Positions 40,336 through 53,029 of a stretch of 64,000 bases of DNA are shown here, piece after piece. The notes under the pieces are model-generated. The model did no database searches and had not been told where the DNA came from. It saw only the letters and a program-made list of their open reading frames with translations. The position numbers and the translations under genes are program-made. Positions within the stretch are counted from its first letter, which is position 1. Each line of letters opens with the position of its first letter. The stretch comes from Octopus bimaculoides (Eukaryota). Location of the stretch: positions 47,652,785 to 47,716,784 of the forward strand of contig NC_068991.1 of NCBI RefSeq assembly GCF_001194135.2, read 5' to 3'.

Positions 40336-42515
40336 TTTGTCCACCAAATGCAGTGTTCATTCTCACTGTTCGATACACACACACACACAAATATATATAT
40401 ATATATATACATATAAATATATATATACATATATACCCAAATGCAGGTTTCCAAGCAATCATAATGGTGAAACATACATTGTGACTGATATATAATACTG
40501 TGTTTATCTTAATTTCTGTCTCACACACACACTATGTGTTATTTAGTATAGTTTGACTCATCTCCAGGCAGCTTAAAGATTTGCAGGCCTCTAACAGAAA
40601 CCCATCTCCTTCAGGCTTAGATTATCGAATGCAAGCATGGAAAAGTAGACATTATACATATATATGTATACGTATATATATATATATATATATATATATA
40701 TNNNNNNNNNNNNNNNNNNNNNNNNNNNNNNNNNNNNNNNNNNNNNNNNNNNNNNNNNNNNNNNNNNNNNNNNNNNNNNNNNNNNNNNNNNNNNNNNNTT
40801 TGGTAGTTTTTTTACTTATTTAGTCCCTCGATAGCGTGAGGCATTAATACACAGTTAATGCCCTTTATATATAATTATATATATATATATATATATATAT
40901 AATCATATCATATATCTTCATTGTTTTAATGTTTACTTTTCCAATGCTTGCATCAGTTGAGTGGAGTTCATTGAGGAAAATTTTCTATGGCTGGATGCTC
41001 TTCCTGTCACCAACTTACCAGTTTCCAAGCAACATAATATTTTCCCTATGGCTAGATGTGCTTTTCACAAAAGACTGGAAAGAAACTACATTGCTTGTAT
41101 GAGACTGATGTTTGCATACAACTACCACGTGATGTCAAGGCAAGGATACACATGCACAGGCACACACACACAAATACATTTATATGTATGTGTATGTATA
41201 TATGTATGTGTGTTTGTGTGTACCCTTGTATTGTGTATTAGAGGTATGCAATATATCATAAGTAGGTAGATAATCAATGTACAAAATATATAGGTAGTAC
41301 ATACTTTATGCTATAATACCTAGTGTATAGTAATATATGCCACAAATACTGTATGAAGCAGGTAAGTAATTTGATAATGAGTTCAACATGTAGATAGATA
41401 AATAATATATTAAACATGTAGGTAGGTAGGTAGATAGATATATTGGATATGTAGGTAGTTAAATATGTTGAACATGCAGGTAGTTAAATGTGTTGAACAT
41501 GCAGATAGTTAAATGTGTTGAACATGTAGGTATGTATGTAATATGTAGATCAATAAACTATTTCTAGGTAACATACTAAATAACATGTAATATTCAGACA
41601 TGTATAACTATATGACGAGCTGTGCGCCTAGACTAAGGAAACGTTAGGAGAGGAAGATCTATGAAAGTATATATCCAATCTCTGCACTCAATACTAAACT
41701 ATTTTCGAGGGGAGGTAACAGAACAAACAAAAATATAAAAAGATAAAAAATCAACATAAAACAAATATACAAAAATTCTACAAAATTCATAATAATTAAG
41801 GGAAAATTAATTAATCTAAATTTCATGCAGAAAGTAGTGAATATAATTAATTTAACTCAACAAGTTAGGTTTTGTCAAAGATTAAAAAAAAAAAAAAAAT
41901 TCTACATTAGATTGTGCACATAACACGGAAAGTGCATGTTGATCATACAATATTGCTATTTTCATGGAGTTTTTCTAATTGGATAAGATCAATATGAGTG
42001 TGAAGAGAACTGCACTAAGAGTGAAGAAGTATTACTAGGTACTTCACAAGGTACCTGAAACATGTTACTGGTCCATTGTTACTGAACGATAGAGCACTTT
42101 GTGTGGAATATCCAGAGAAGGGTGCTGTTGAAGCAATGCTTGAGATTCTTCAGAAGAAGATGTTGGTAGCTGAGTTGTAGCTACAAGAGATAGTCACAGT
42201 TATAAACAAGGCTTCTCTCATCCAGAAGAGCAAGCATTACATACATACACACACACACAGCAAGTTCACACAAAACACACATATATACAAAGAAATAAAT
42301 ACATACCATTAATTTAATTTTACTTCACTTATTCACACATGTACATACATTCACACATATAAACAGGAACAAATAAAAAGATATTTATTTTAGTCTACAG
42401 GTTAGGTAAAAGATCCTTCAAAATTAACGTAGCGTGAAAATACAATTGTCTAAAAATCCATGAATCAGAGAGAAAAAAAAAAAAGGAACTCATACACTGG
42501 TTAACAGAGTGTGTA

Positions 42516-42570
<55 letters not shown>

Positions 42571-43146
42571 AAAACACAATGTTATATTTTCATAACTGTC
42601 AGTTTACCAATCAGCTTCATATAAGGAGTTGAGAAGCAACTCTGGCAACAAGATAGATTGAAAAGAATGGAATGGCATGGACTTTTGCAGATGATTGCTG
42701 GTATGAAATGAATTGCTAAATTGGCTGTCATGAGAATATATTAAATTTTATTAATAGTAATAATATATATAATGTATGTATAGTGTTTTATTGAATCTGT
42801 AAAACTGACAAACTTACTCAGGTTTTCATAAAACTGAACATCAGACAAAGCTTCCATTAGATTTGAAAAGCCATAATTCCTTGTCCAAATCAGCTTTAAA
42901 TGCTTATTTGATGAGTTACCAAATAATTATCACTGCACTGTTTATAAGCATTCCTAAACCTTTGTATAGCTCAAAAGTTCACTTTTGTCTGATAATTGGT
43001 TATATGAAACTCTGAGTAACAGTTTGTGAAGTTTTTCTGCTGCAATAGAATAGTGTATTTTACTCTACTTTTGTTATTTGAATAATATTTTCTACACCAA
43101 GAGTTGCAACTATGTACTCACTTGTGTGTGTGTGTGTGTGTGCATG

Positions 43147-43177
<31 letters not shown>

Positions 43178-44044
43178 TACACATACACACACACACACAA
43201 AGAGTTTTGGAGTAGAATTTACCAAGAAATATTATTTTTCATCTGACTGATGGTGGCCTGTCCCTATGTCTCTTTAATTCTCTTGCAGGATTGAAAAAGA
43301 TTTCTATTAAAGGTTTTCACCTTAATGAAGGACCCAATATCATACTTTACTGAAAGCCATCAGAAGAGCACTTTTCTCTTTCCTCAGTTCTGCATTCATT
43401 GTGATATTTTCCAAAAAAACATTTGGAGGGTATAGAATACAGTTAGTTAAGACAAGAAGGAATAGCTTACATAATATTGCAATAGAATAACATGGTAATG
43501 GGAATTTACATTTTTTGCTGTCATTTCACCAATGACAAAGTTAATGCAAGAAACCCCCCCCCCCCCAGATAAATCAATCTATGGTGGTTTTATTGATGTT
43601 ATTGATTAGCATATCAGTTATCAACATTTAAAATGTAACCATCTTGTCTTTTATACAGACAACATATTTAGAATTACATTAACTAATGTGTCTTTCCTTT
43701 AAGACAGAAAAAATCTGGTAGATATTTCTAGCAGGTTGAATGACACTCTTCATTGACTCAAACAACCATAGAATTTGGGCTTTGTTGGCTCCAGTGATCC
43801 CACAAAGCTCCCTTGTTTATTTTATAGATGTTTACTGATAAGCAATATCTCCAATAGAACAGCATGAAATTAAACCAGGGAGAAAAATATTATATTTCAG
43901 TTCCATCAAAGTAGTTTAATGTCCAAGTCAAGGTACTACAAATATTCAAAATATTTTCAGTTTAAAATAATCGTTGGACACGATCATTTAAGGCATTTTT
44001 CACTCCCTTCAAATAGTATAACACTTTGACTAACAACTTCAAAC

Positions 44045-44216
44045 TACCATATTTTAACATGTATAAGGAACCCTCGTGTATAAAGTAACCCACTAATTTC
44101 GGGGGCTTAAAATTTGGAAAAAAAGGTTTTGTAAGGAGTTATAATACTATCCATGTATAAGAAGCTCCCATATTTTTCGAACCTAATTTTTGACAAAAAA
44201 CGGTTAAAATACGGTA
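44045..44216. mobile_element. pogo/Tigger-like MITE
   Basis: Termini tacc(a)tatttt / aaaatacggta. Confidence 0.65.
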
Positions 44217-44294
44217 TATCATAAAGCCACACTCAGAAATTCACTATTACTAACTTAGAAAGCAAAAATATTATATATTCTACTAAAAATTTTA

Positions 44295-45430
44295 TGAGGT
44301 CTGATCAATAAGTATCCGGACTATTGCCAAGCACGCAGTGTGAAGCTGCTTGACGTTGAACACTGCTGTGAATGTGCACTAAGTTTTAATGTTCTAGCTC
44401 ACTTCCCCTGTTTACAACAGTGCTTGGAAGGAAGGTGCATAGTGGGTGTTCGTCGCGTTGACCATGACAGAGAAAATTGTCATGGTGACACATGCTCAGA
44501 GGCCTACGCAAAGTTGCAGAAAGTGTATGAGTCACACACGGGTGTACGAATGGGTCAGACATTTCCAAGACGGCCAGAAAAATGTTAATATAGATGAATG
44601 TTCTGGAAGACCCGCAACCAGCAGAACTGAGAAAAACATCACAGATGTGCATGCAGCTGTGAAGGGAAATCGTTGAATCATCATTCGTGAGTTATCAGAA
44701 AATGTGTAGATTAGTTACAGTTCACTTCAGTCCATTATCACTGAAGATTTGGGTACGAGATGCATGCCTGCCAAGTTTGTGCCAAAACTGCTTTCAGCTA
44801 ACTGAAAAGCCACTCAGATTTCAGTTGCACAAGATCGCCTTGATTGTGTCAAGAACTCTTACTCTTTTACTTGTTTCAGTCATTTGAGTGTGGCCATGCT
44901 GGAGCACCGCCTTTAGTCGAGCAAATTGACCCCAGGACTTATTCTTCGTAAGCCTAGTACTTATTCTATCAGTCTCTTTTGCCGAACCGCTAAGTTACGG
45001 GGATGTAAACACACCAGCATCGGTTGTCAAGCGATGTTGGGGGGACAAACACAGACACACAAACACATATATATATATATATATACACATACATACGACG
45101 GACTTCTTTCAGCTTCCGTCTACCAAATCCACTCACAAGGCTTTGGTCGGCCCGAGGTTATAGTAGAAGACACTTGCCCAAGGTGCCACGCAGTGGGACT
45201 GAACCCGGAACCATGTGGTTGGTAAGCAAGCTACTTACCACACAGCCACTCCTACGAACGATGAAAACTTTGCATAGGCGACACTCACACACTACATACC
45301 TTCCTTCCAAGCACTACTGTAAATAGTGGAAGTGAGCTAGAACGTCAAAACTTAGTGCGAGTGGCTTTAGATTGTGTACTTTAGCTTTGTTACTAAGACA
45401 ACAGTCCGGATTCTTATTGATCAGACCACG
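44295..45430 (+). mobile_element. Mariner-derived element (N-terminal transposase remnant) with long inverted arms, interrupted by a SINE
   Basis: TA-flanked TIRs tgaggtctgatcaataagtatccggact / agtccggattcttattgatcagaccacg; peptide RVYEWVRHFQDGQKNVNIDECSGRPATSRTEKN...AKFVPKLL. Confidence 0.9.
44857..45253 (-). mobile_element. SINE family A, full length, nested in the mariner element
   Basis: Splits the ...DCVKN|DENF transposase sequence; young, CpG-retaining copy. Confidence 0.9.
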
Positions 45431-45585
45431 TATATATAAAAATACTGTAAATAATCTCAAGGGAAAAGACTTTCTATTGCAATGATTTTTAAATCGATCT
45501 GCAAAGTTGGAGTTATCTCCCTGTATCAGAAAATTACAGATTGCAATGGAAAAAATTCTTTTGGTGGGGAAGTGATACTTTCAAC

Positions 45586-45631
<46 letters not shown>

Positions 45632-45907
45632 TTCATGGAATGATATTAGCCAAAATCATCCTTGAATATCTATATTGCAAAATCCCATGTACTATAACTT
45701 TTTCCATCAAAACTAAGATGGAGTTAGGCTGCAAAATTTTTTCACCAACCACTATGACAGTTTTGGTCCCCAAATCTAACATTATACACAACGTATCACA
45801 CAAAATTTTACAGTTAAGTGCAAATGTGTTTTTAAAAATAATATATAATAATACCGTTGATAATATGTATTGATAATAACAATGATGATGTTGATAATAT
45901 AACTTAC

Positions 45908-46045
45908 TACATGATCTTCTTCTCTTTTCAAATTTTAGTGTATTTGCCTTCCTTGTTAGTGTTTTCCGAGCATGGACCATATTTTTTATCACAACTGGTT
46001 TGTTGGCGTCAATCTTGGATTCTGCTGCAAGATCCTCAAAGAAAG
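45908..46045 (-). CDS. PLEKHD1: PLEKHD1-like coding exon, 138 nt (phase 1 to 1), (T)FFEDLAAESKIDANKPVVIKNMVHARKTLTRKANTLKFEKRRRSC
   Basis: Acceptor tttcccttttgcag, donor TGTA|gtaagt; most family-like segment (LKxFFE...PVxxKN.V); overlaps track ORF 45633..45992. Confidence 0.9.
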
Positions 46046-46159
46046 CTGCAAAAGGGAAATAATATACAGGTGATTATACTCAGGTTCAAGTTCAAATGGT
46101 TCTTGTGTCTTAAGTATTTCTTGAAAGGTAAATTTCAAGTAAATCTTGAAAGGTTGAAT

Positions 46160-48490
46160 TTTCAACTTATAACTTATGTGAAAGGTTACGACCGGTGTCT
46201 TGGCAGAAAAGTGTATTATCATCTGGAAAGTAATAATTTACTTCCAGCAGAACAGAAAGGATGTAGTGGATCATGTAGGACAACTAAAAACCAGTTTTTA
46301 GTTGGTAAAATAGTGATCAGAAATTACAGATGCAGATTGATGGGATTAGATGTAGCATGGTTGCATTATAAAAAAAGCATATGGTATGATGTTGCACACG
46401 TGGAGGCGCAATGGCCCAGTGGTTAGGGCAGCAGACTCGCGGTCGGAGGATTGCGGTTTCGTTGTGTGTGTTTATTGAGTGAAACACCTAAGCTCCACGA
46501 GGCTCCGGCAGGGGGTGGTGGTGACCCCTGTTGTACTCTTTCGCCCTAACTTTCTCTCACTATTTCTTCCTGTTTCTTGAGTAGCGCTGCGATGGACTGG
46601 CGTCCCGTCCAACTGGGGGGGGGGACACACATAAACGCCTTAGAAACTGGGCCCATGAGCCTGGCTAGGCTTTGAAAGTGCGAAAAAGAAAAAGAAAAAT
46701 GATGTTGCACAGTTGGATAAGTAAAACAATGAGGCTATTTACATTGGTAGAAAATATGGAGAAAATCATCAATGGAAGTATGAAACAGAGTAATGAATTT
46801 ATTGGAGGGAAACAAAAACTTGGGATGGTGAACATCAGACATGGTACATTGTAAGGTGATAACCTATCTCTATTACTATATTTATTGGCTATGATACTGC
46901 TTAATTTGGTATAATGGTAAGTCAAAATAGCAAATGACTTTAGGAAAAGGGTATGGTCAGATAAATCATCTATTCATGGATGATTTTAAAACTTTATATG
47001 AAAAACAAGCAGCTGCAAAGTATTGTATATACTGCTTGTATTTTCTTGAATGATGTAGAAACGGAATTCAGGGTTGAAAAGTGTGCTGTTTTGATAATGA
47101 AATAGGGAAGATTTGAAGGAGGCAAAGGAATTGAAATGCCAAATGGACAAACAATGAAATCTGTTGAGAAAACTGGAGGTAGATAAAATAAAACATGAAG
47201 AGATGAAGCAAATTACTTATGGGGCATATACAATGAGAGTGAAGAAAATATTATAGTCAAGGTTGAATTCAAGAAATGTTATTGAAGTGATTAATTCAAG
47301 AGCAGTGCCAGTTATCAGATATGGCAATGGAATCATGGATTGGACAAAAAGTAAGATGCAGAAACTTGACATAAAAACCAGAAAGCTGTTGATTATATAT
47401 AAAGCCCACCATCTGAAAGCTGATATTAATTGGTTGTACATGAAGAGGGATACCAAGTTGGAAGAGGCTTAATTGGTGTTGAAGAGTGTGTGTAGATGGA
47501 ACTAGACAGATTACTAGATTATTTGCTGAACAGTACTAAAGTGTTACTAAAGGCAGTGAATAAAGAACAGGTGATCAAGACAGGAAAAAGAGAAAAGGAC
47601 AATAATGAAATTCAATGAGAATATGTTAAGTATATTGATGAGAAACCTTTGCATGATCAGTTTTGGAAAGCCACTGAAGATGTATGAGGAAAAAAATCCT
47701 GGGCTTGGTTGGAAAAGGGGCAATTGAAAAAAACAAAAAAAACAGTCTTATTATAGCTGCTCAAGATCAAATACTGCAAACAAACAACTTGAGAAAATAT
47801 ATATTGGGATAAGGTGTTGGAAAAATGAAGAGGATGTGAAATTTGGGATGAAATAATGGCACACATTGTTGCAAAATGCCCCAAGTTGGCCCAAGGAAAA
47901 TGTAAAAAATAAAGACATGATCAAACTGTAAAAGTTTTACACTGGAAGCTTTGTCCGAAATGGAGGTTTGGTGCAGAAAGTTCATGGTATAATCATTAGG
48001 TGGAAAGAGTACTTGAGTTGGCAACATGCAAAATTTTTGTGGGATTTTCTCATTTAAATGGATAAGAAGATAGAATGCAACAAGCCAGATATTACAGAAA
48101 TAGACAAGGAAACTCGAATTTGCTCACTAATTGATCCATTATATCCATTTGAAACTAGGATTGTGAAGAAAGCAAATGAAAAGTTGAAAAAAATACAACA
48201 CTTTAAAATTTGAGATTGTGAGGAATTAGAACATGAAATCTATAAAGATTGGACCTGTGATAATTGGTGCATTAGGAACTGTAATTGATGAAAGAGGTAA
48301 ATGGTTGAAGGAGACTAAAATAGAATATCCTGTAGAATTTCTACAGAAAGATCATCAGAAGAGTTTTGAGCACTTGATGGCTTAGTGAAATCATGTGGAT
48401 ATATTTAGGTTACAGGCAGTAACATCATTACCCCCATAATATTCTACCAGGAATAGGACCAATCCTGTGTCAAGTCAAATTATAATAATT
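46160..48490 (+). mobile_element. Decayed 5'-truncated R4/Dong-like (RT + zinc knuckle + RLE) non-LTR retrotransposon
   Basis: Broken frames show LLPAEQKGC, AWLHYKK, NHLFMDD (RT catalytic motif), EF.VEKCAV, INSRAVPVIRYG..DW, CCHC remnant AHIVA.CP.LAQ and PVIIGALGTV; (AAT)n 3' end. Confidence 0.85.
46399..46698 (+). mobile_element. V-domain SINE subfamily nested in the R4-like LINE
   Basis: 13-bp TSD atgatgttgcaca (46386-46398 and 46699-46711); gctgcgatggactggcgtcccgtcc core; tail gggcccatgagcctggctaggcttt shared with 7398-7660. Confidence 0.9.
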
Positions 48491-50079
48491 ATTACAAAAA
48501 TAATAATGAGGTTAGTGTATACAAATGTAGAGAGATATAGAAAATTAATATTTTAGAATAACAACAGTAACCGTTACACTCAAGGTCAGGTGATTAGAGA
48601 TGGAGAAATATATAGGAGGTCATTTTAGGAGGTATATAATTTATTTGTGGCAAAAGGACCAAAAATTAAGAGCTCATGTTTATTCTGAAATTGTGCACTT
48701 AAAATCTATTTGTGTAATCTCTCACAAATTCATTATTATCTTTGGTGAATTTAAACAAACCTAATTTACCTCCAGTGACAGTGACCTAATTCAGCTTTGA
48801 GCCACATATATATATATATTGGCAATCTCTGAGAGAAAAATAAGCAGTCTTTCTCCTCAGCTATAGACAGCATTCTGCCATTTCACATACCCATTCACTA
48901 ACAAGCTTCTTCTGCATGAACCTTGAACTTTTTATTGCCCTCCTTTCCTCCCATATCCTTATTGGCAGACTACCTTTTGTCACTTCATTTAATACACCCA
49001 GTCATTATTCAGTTGTTATATCTATCATATCGTAGTGACCAGATGTGAGGCCTTACAAATTGTCAGAGACTGGGGAAAAAAGGGATGGTGTGACAGCCAT
49101 TCCTTTGACAAAGCCATTAGCAGTGAATATAAAGTGAAATGGTTCTAACTGCTGATAGAAACATAGCAGTCTTGGCAAAAATTCATGTTTGAGAAACAGA
49201 GAAAATAGTGTCAGAGATGCAATTAAAATGCAAAAATAGAAGCTCTTACAGAAAAGGTGACAACTGATAGGAGGCTTGACTTGATATGAGAATTCAAAAA
49301 TGACAAAAGCAATTTATATAGGGGATTATCTTATGCATAAAAAGCCTTAGACTGAAAGAAAATGTATTTCAATGTTTTGAATATTTCAAAAGATAAATGG
49401 TATACCTAAAAAGTGTTCCCCCACCCTTCTAACTTTGTTTACCAATGATTTTCATAAAAATACATGTATTTTTTTTTTATGAAGTTTCCAAGAGATACAT
49501 CTTAGATAGGGTACATAGTTGATGCTTTGGTATAAACTAACAAAATCTATATAACCCTAATGAATTAAATGACAAATTTCTTTTTAAAATCTAAGGTATT
49601 ATGTGAATGTCAACAGTATTTTAAAATATTTTATTTTTATTCATCAACAAATTTTAAAATAATAATAAATAAATGAAGAAAAAAATTCTATAATTAAATC
49701 TAGGGAAAATTAAACAACTGAAAAGAAAACTGATGGAAAGGAGAAAATAGTATAAGTATTATAAACATGAAACAACATTTAATTAATTAATCATCCTCAT
49801 CAGTTTTCTAATTTGAGAAATGATTAATAAACTTAATGCAGTTTCAACTTAAAATCTTGTGGAGACAGAAGGAGTATTTAAGGGTTTATAGATTGATAAT
49901 AAATTTTGAATTTAAACTTTGTCAATTTATATATTTGAAGGAAAAATGTTTAAAGAATGAGGTATAGGGATTAAAAGCATAAATTAAAACAAATAAAAAA
50001 AATAAATTATAAAAAAAAAAACTTTTAAAATTTCAAAGCAAAATGTAAATAACTAAAAACCAAACAAAAAAAACTATAC

Positions 50080-50230
50080 TTTTTAACATTCCAACATTGA
50101 CTATCATGCCTTCTCGAATCCCTTCTTCTATGTTTACAGTTTCGGCTGTAACTGCCTGATCAAGGTATTGCAATGACTTTTCGGCCTTTCTTAGCCTCCT
50201 CTCGGCATCAATCCGAGCCAAAATTTCTTC
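50080..50230 (-). CDS. PLEKHD1: PLEKHD1-like coding exon, 151 nt (phase 0 to 1), EEILARIDAERRLRKAEKSLQYLDQAV...GMLK
   Basis: Long polypyrimidine tract ending tttatttcag, donor AAAA|gtatag; overlaps track ORF 50033..50221. Confidence 0.9.
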
Positions 50231-50691
50231 CTGAAATAAAAAAAGAAAAAGAAAGAAAATTAAAAAAAAAAAAAATAATGCAAGTTACAAGCATACACAC
50301 ACAAACATGTGCATGTATGCACACACACATGAACATATCAATGAATCCTGTGCAGAATTTACAATCATGAGTGTTTAGTTTTTTAATCAACTAAACTACA
50401 ATGCTCATTAAAATAATATGCAACTGTTTGAATGTTTAAGAACAACTGAATCTTGATATAGTTTTTACACCCATCATGAGTCTCCTATGAATGTTGCAGA
50501 TACAATTTTTCTTTTGCAAATACTGGACATACTTGAATGCATGAGATCATGAATATTTTGATACAGTTCACCTCTGATTTGTTTTTGATGACCTTTGACC
50601 AATAGTAGCCTTGCTTCTTCAATTTGAATATGCTGATAGTGGTGATGGTGGTGGTGCCCTAAAGAACGGTATTGATGAAGATAGTTTTGAT

Positions 50692-51379
50692 CAGTGTTTC
50701 TCAACCATCTTTTTTATCTATGAATCCCTTTGATTCCTATTTTCCTCAAATGGACCCTTCTAGCCATTCCGAGTCTAAAAAATCATATATTTTTATAGTT
50801 AGATATTATTTGGAATTACTCTTTTACTCTTTTACTTGTTTCAGTCATTTGACTGTGGCCATGCTGGAGCACTGCCTTTAGTTGAGCAAATCGACCCCAG
50901 GACTTATTCTTTGGAAGCCTAGTACTTATTCTATCGGTCACTTTTGCCAAACTTCTAAGTTACGGGGACGTAAACACACCAGCATTGGTTGTCAAGCGAT
51001 GTTGGGGGGACAAACACAGACACACAAACATATATATATATATATATATATACATATATACGACGGGCTTCTTTCAGTTTCCATCTACCAAATCCACTCA
51101 CAAGGCTTTGGTTGGCCTGAGGCTATAGTAGAAGACACTTGCCCAAGGTGCCACGCAGTGGGACTGAACCCAGAACCATGTGGTTGGTAAGCAAGGTACT
51201 TACCATACAGCCACTCCTACGCCTATAAAAAAAAAATATTTTGTGTATTGTAGAAGTATAAGTAATTTATTGCAGATAAATTTTGACAATAAAATTTTAT
51301 ACGGACCCCCAAGGGCCATATGAACTCCTGAGGGTCATACGAATCCAAAGACCATATCAACCCCGGTTGAGAACCACTG
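50692..51379. mobile_element. hAT-type MITE containing a nested SINE A
   Basis: TIRs cagtgtttctcaacc / ggttgagaaccactg; 8-bp TSD gttttgat / gtttagat (one mismatch). Confidence 0.85.
50816..51223 (-). mobile_element. SINE family A, full length
   Basis: Near-identical to 44857-45253. Confidence 0.9.
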
Positions 51380-51592
51380 GTTTAGATGATGCTGAAGAAG
51401 GTAAAGGTGGTGATGGTGGTTATCCATGACTGATAAAGACAACACATTGTAAATAGTGATATATTGTAATGGTGATGATAGTATTAACGAGCAAAGGAGG
51501 AGGGTGAAGATGACATTAGTATCAGAGAAGATAAAAGTGGTGGGTGTGAGTAACAGTTTTTCAAAGATGGAAAGAGTTAAAGAACTACTTAC

Positions 51593-51634
51593 CCTAAGTT
51601 CAGATTCTGTCAATTCTTTCTGTGCATTTAAATC
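51593..51634 (-). CDS. PLEKHD1: PLEKHD1-like small coding exon, 42 nt (phase 0 to 0), DLNAQKELTESELR
   Basis: Acceptor cttttgtctttatcag, donor AGG|gtaagt; peptide continues the heptad pattern into EEILARIDAERRLR. Confidence 0.88.
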
Positions 51635-52039
51635 CTGATAAAGACAAAAGACATTTTAAAAAATCAATGAAAATTATCCATTGGTGTATGAGAGAACATT
51701 TATTTATCTTGGTGTTGTACAATGAATAAGTCAGTTATTTGACCATTGTTGTAGTTGTTGTTTATAATCCCTGTTCAAAACTTGAGACAGCACATGATCA
51801 AAATGTGTTTCATCTGTGAATATATCTTTCTTTTTATGACATAGTATTTCTAGAACTACATTATTCAATGTATCAATTCTTTTTCTTTTTAAGAGGAGTA
51901 AAGTGTGATTTCACTGACACTTGTTTGTTATTTCTAGCGTACCAAATGACTGCATACAAGCTCCTCTGTTGATGTATTGCTGATATTTTGGAATAAAAGG
52001 TATCTAACAAAACATTGTAAACTAGTCCTATTATAAGTG

Positions 52040-52290
52040 ACTCACAACAAGTCACCAGTCAGTCCTATTACAGATGGCTAACAAGTCAATCACAAATCTT
52101 ATTACAGGTCATCAGTCAATCCTATAACAATTGACTAACAAGTCATCAGTCAGTCCTATTACAGGTGACTAATAAGTCATTTAACAATCTTATTACAGTT
52201 GCCTAACAATAAGTCATTAGTCAATCTTATTACAGTTAATAATAAGTCATCAGTCAGTTCTATTGCAGGAGATTAACAAGTCATCCATCA
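52040..52290. repeat. Minisatellite, about 33 bp unit, about 7 copies
   Basis: Recurrent aacaagtca(t/c)cagtcagtcctattacagg(t)gact. Confidence 0.8.
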
Positions 52291-52644
52291 ATTCTGTTAA
52301 AAGCAAAGTTGACCGTGACAAGATTTGAACTTAGAGGACAAAGAGGCAGAACAAATATCACAAGGCATTTTGATCTATGCTAACAAATCACTGCAGTATA
52401 TAAATTAATAACCAGATCTATGATAGACATATATAAAGATATAGATGGGTAGGGAGGTAGCTGTATGATAGACACATGTAGATATATAGGTAGACAGCTC
52501 TATGAGAGATACATGGTGAGATAGTAAAGGTAGGTAGGTAGATGTATAAGCAGGGAGATAGTAGAGAGACAGGAGGGCAATTACTTTGTGATACAAAATC
52601 CATTGAAAGAGAACATTCTAAATGTGAGAAAGCTTGGACCTTAC

Positions 52645-52735
52645 CAAAATAGTAGCTTGCATTGAGTGAGCTTGGTCACTGAAATATTCCTTTTCAGCTT
52701 TCAACTGAGAAGTTCGTTCATCATTTTCAGACAAT
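52645..52735 (-). CDS. PLEKHD1: PLEKHD1-like coding exon, 91 nt (phase 2 to 0), (Q)LSENDERTSQLKAEKEYFSDQAHSMQATIL
   Basis: Acceptor gctgttatttcag, donor TTG|gtaagg; supplies exactly the phase 2-to-0 link needed between its neighbours. Confidence 0.88.
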
Positions 52736-52809
52736 CTGAAATAACAGCAATGATGACAATGACATCAACAATGACAATAACAACAACAATAACAACAACA
52801 ATATCTTCT

Positions 52810-53015
52810 TTTGACGAAAGGCACAAGACCTGAAATTTTAGGGGAGGAAGCTCGTCAATTACATTAGCCCCAGTAGTCAACTGGTACTTGTTTTATTGAT
52901 TCCCATAAGGATGAACAGCAGAGATGACCTTGGCAGCATTTGAATTCAGAAAGTAAAAGCTGGAAGAAATGCTGCTAAGCATTTTGTCCAACATGCAAAT
53001 AATTCTGCCAGCAGA
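52810..53015 (-). mobile_element. SINE family C copy
   Basis: Same motifs as 8710-9180. Confidence 0.75.
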
Positions 53016-53029
53016 ATTATTATCTTAAT

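Noticed and set aside
5585-40823. Long track ORFs containing X runs (5585, 25034, 25189, 37516-38240, 40581)
   Set aside because: They are open only because they cross N gaps and microsatellites
43270-43360. Strong-looking + strand acceptor (ctctttaattctcttgcag)
   Set aside because: All frames close within about 20 codons; no partner exons on the + strand
50474-50704. Minus-strand ORF with HHHHH between two true exons
   Set aside because: Not needed for phase continuity (51593 joins 50230 directly in phase 0), has weak splice signals, and starts inside a hAT MITE end
6914-51190. Recurrent ORFs such as ...YDGLLSVSIYQIHSQGFG... and ...FSFRLPNPLTRLWSARG...
   Set aside because: Translations of SINE family A copies, not a gene family
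5060-52290. Repeat arrays as possible CRISPR
   Set aside because: Eukaryotic context, degenerate contiguous units, no unique spacers, no cas genes
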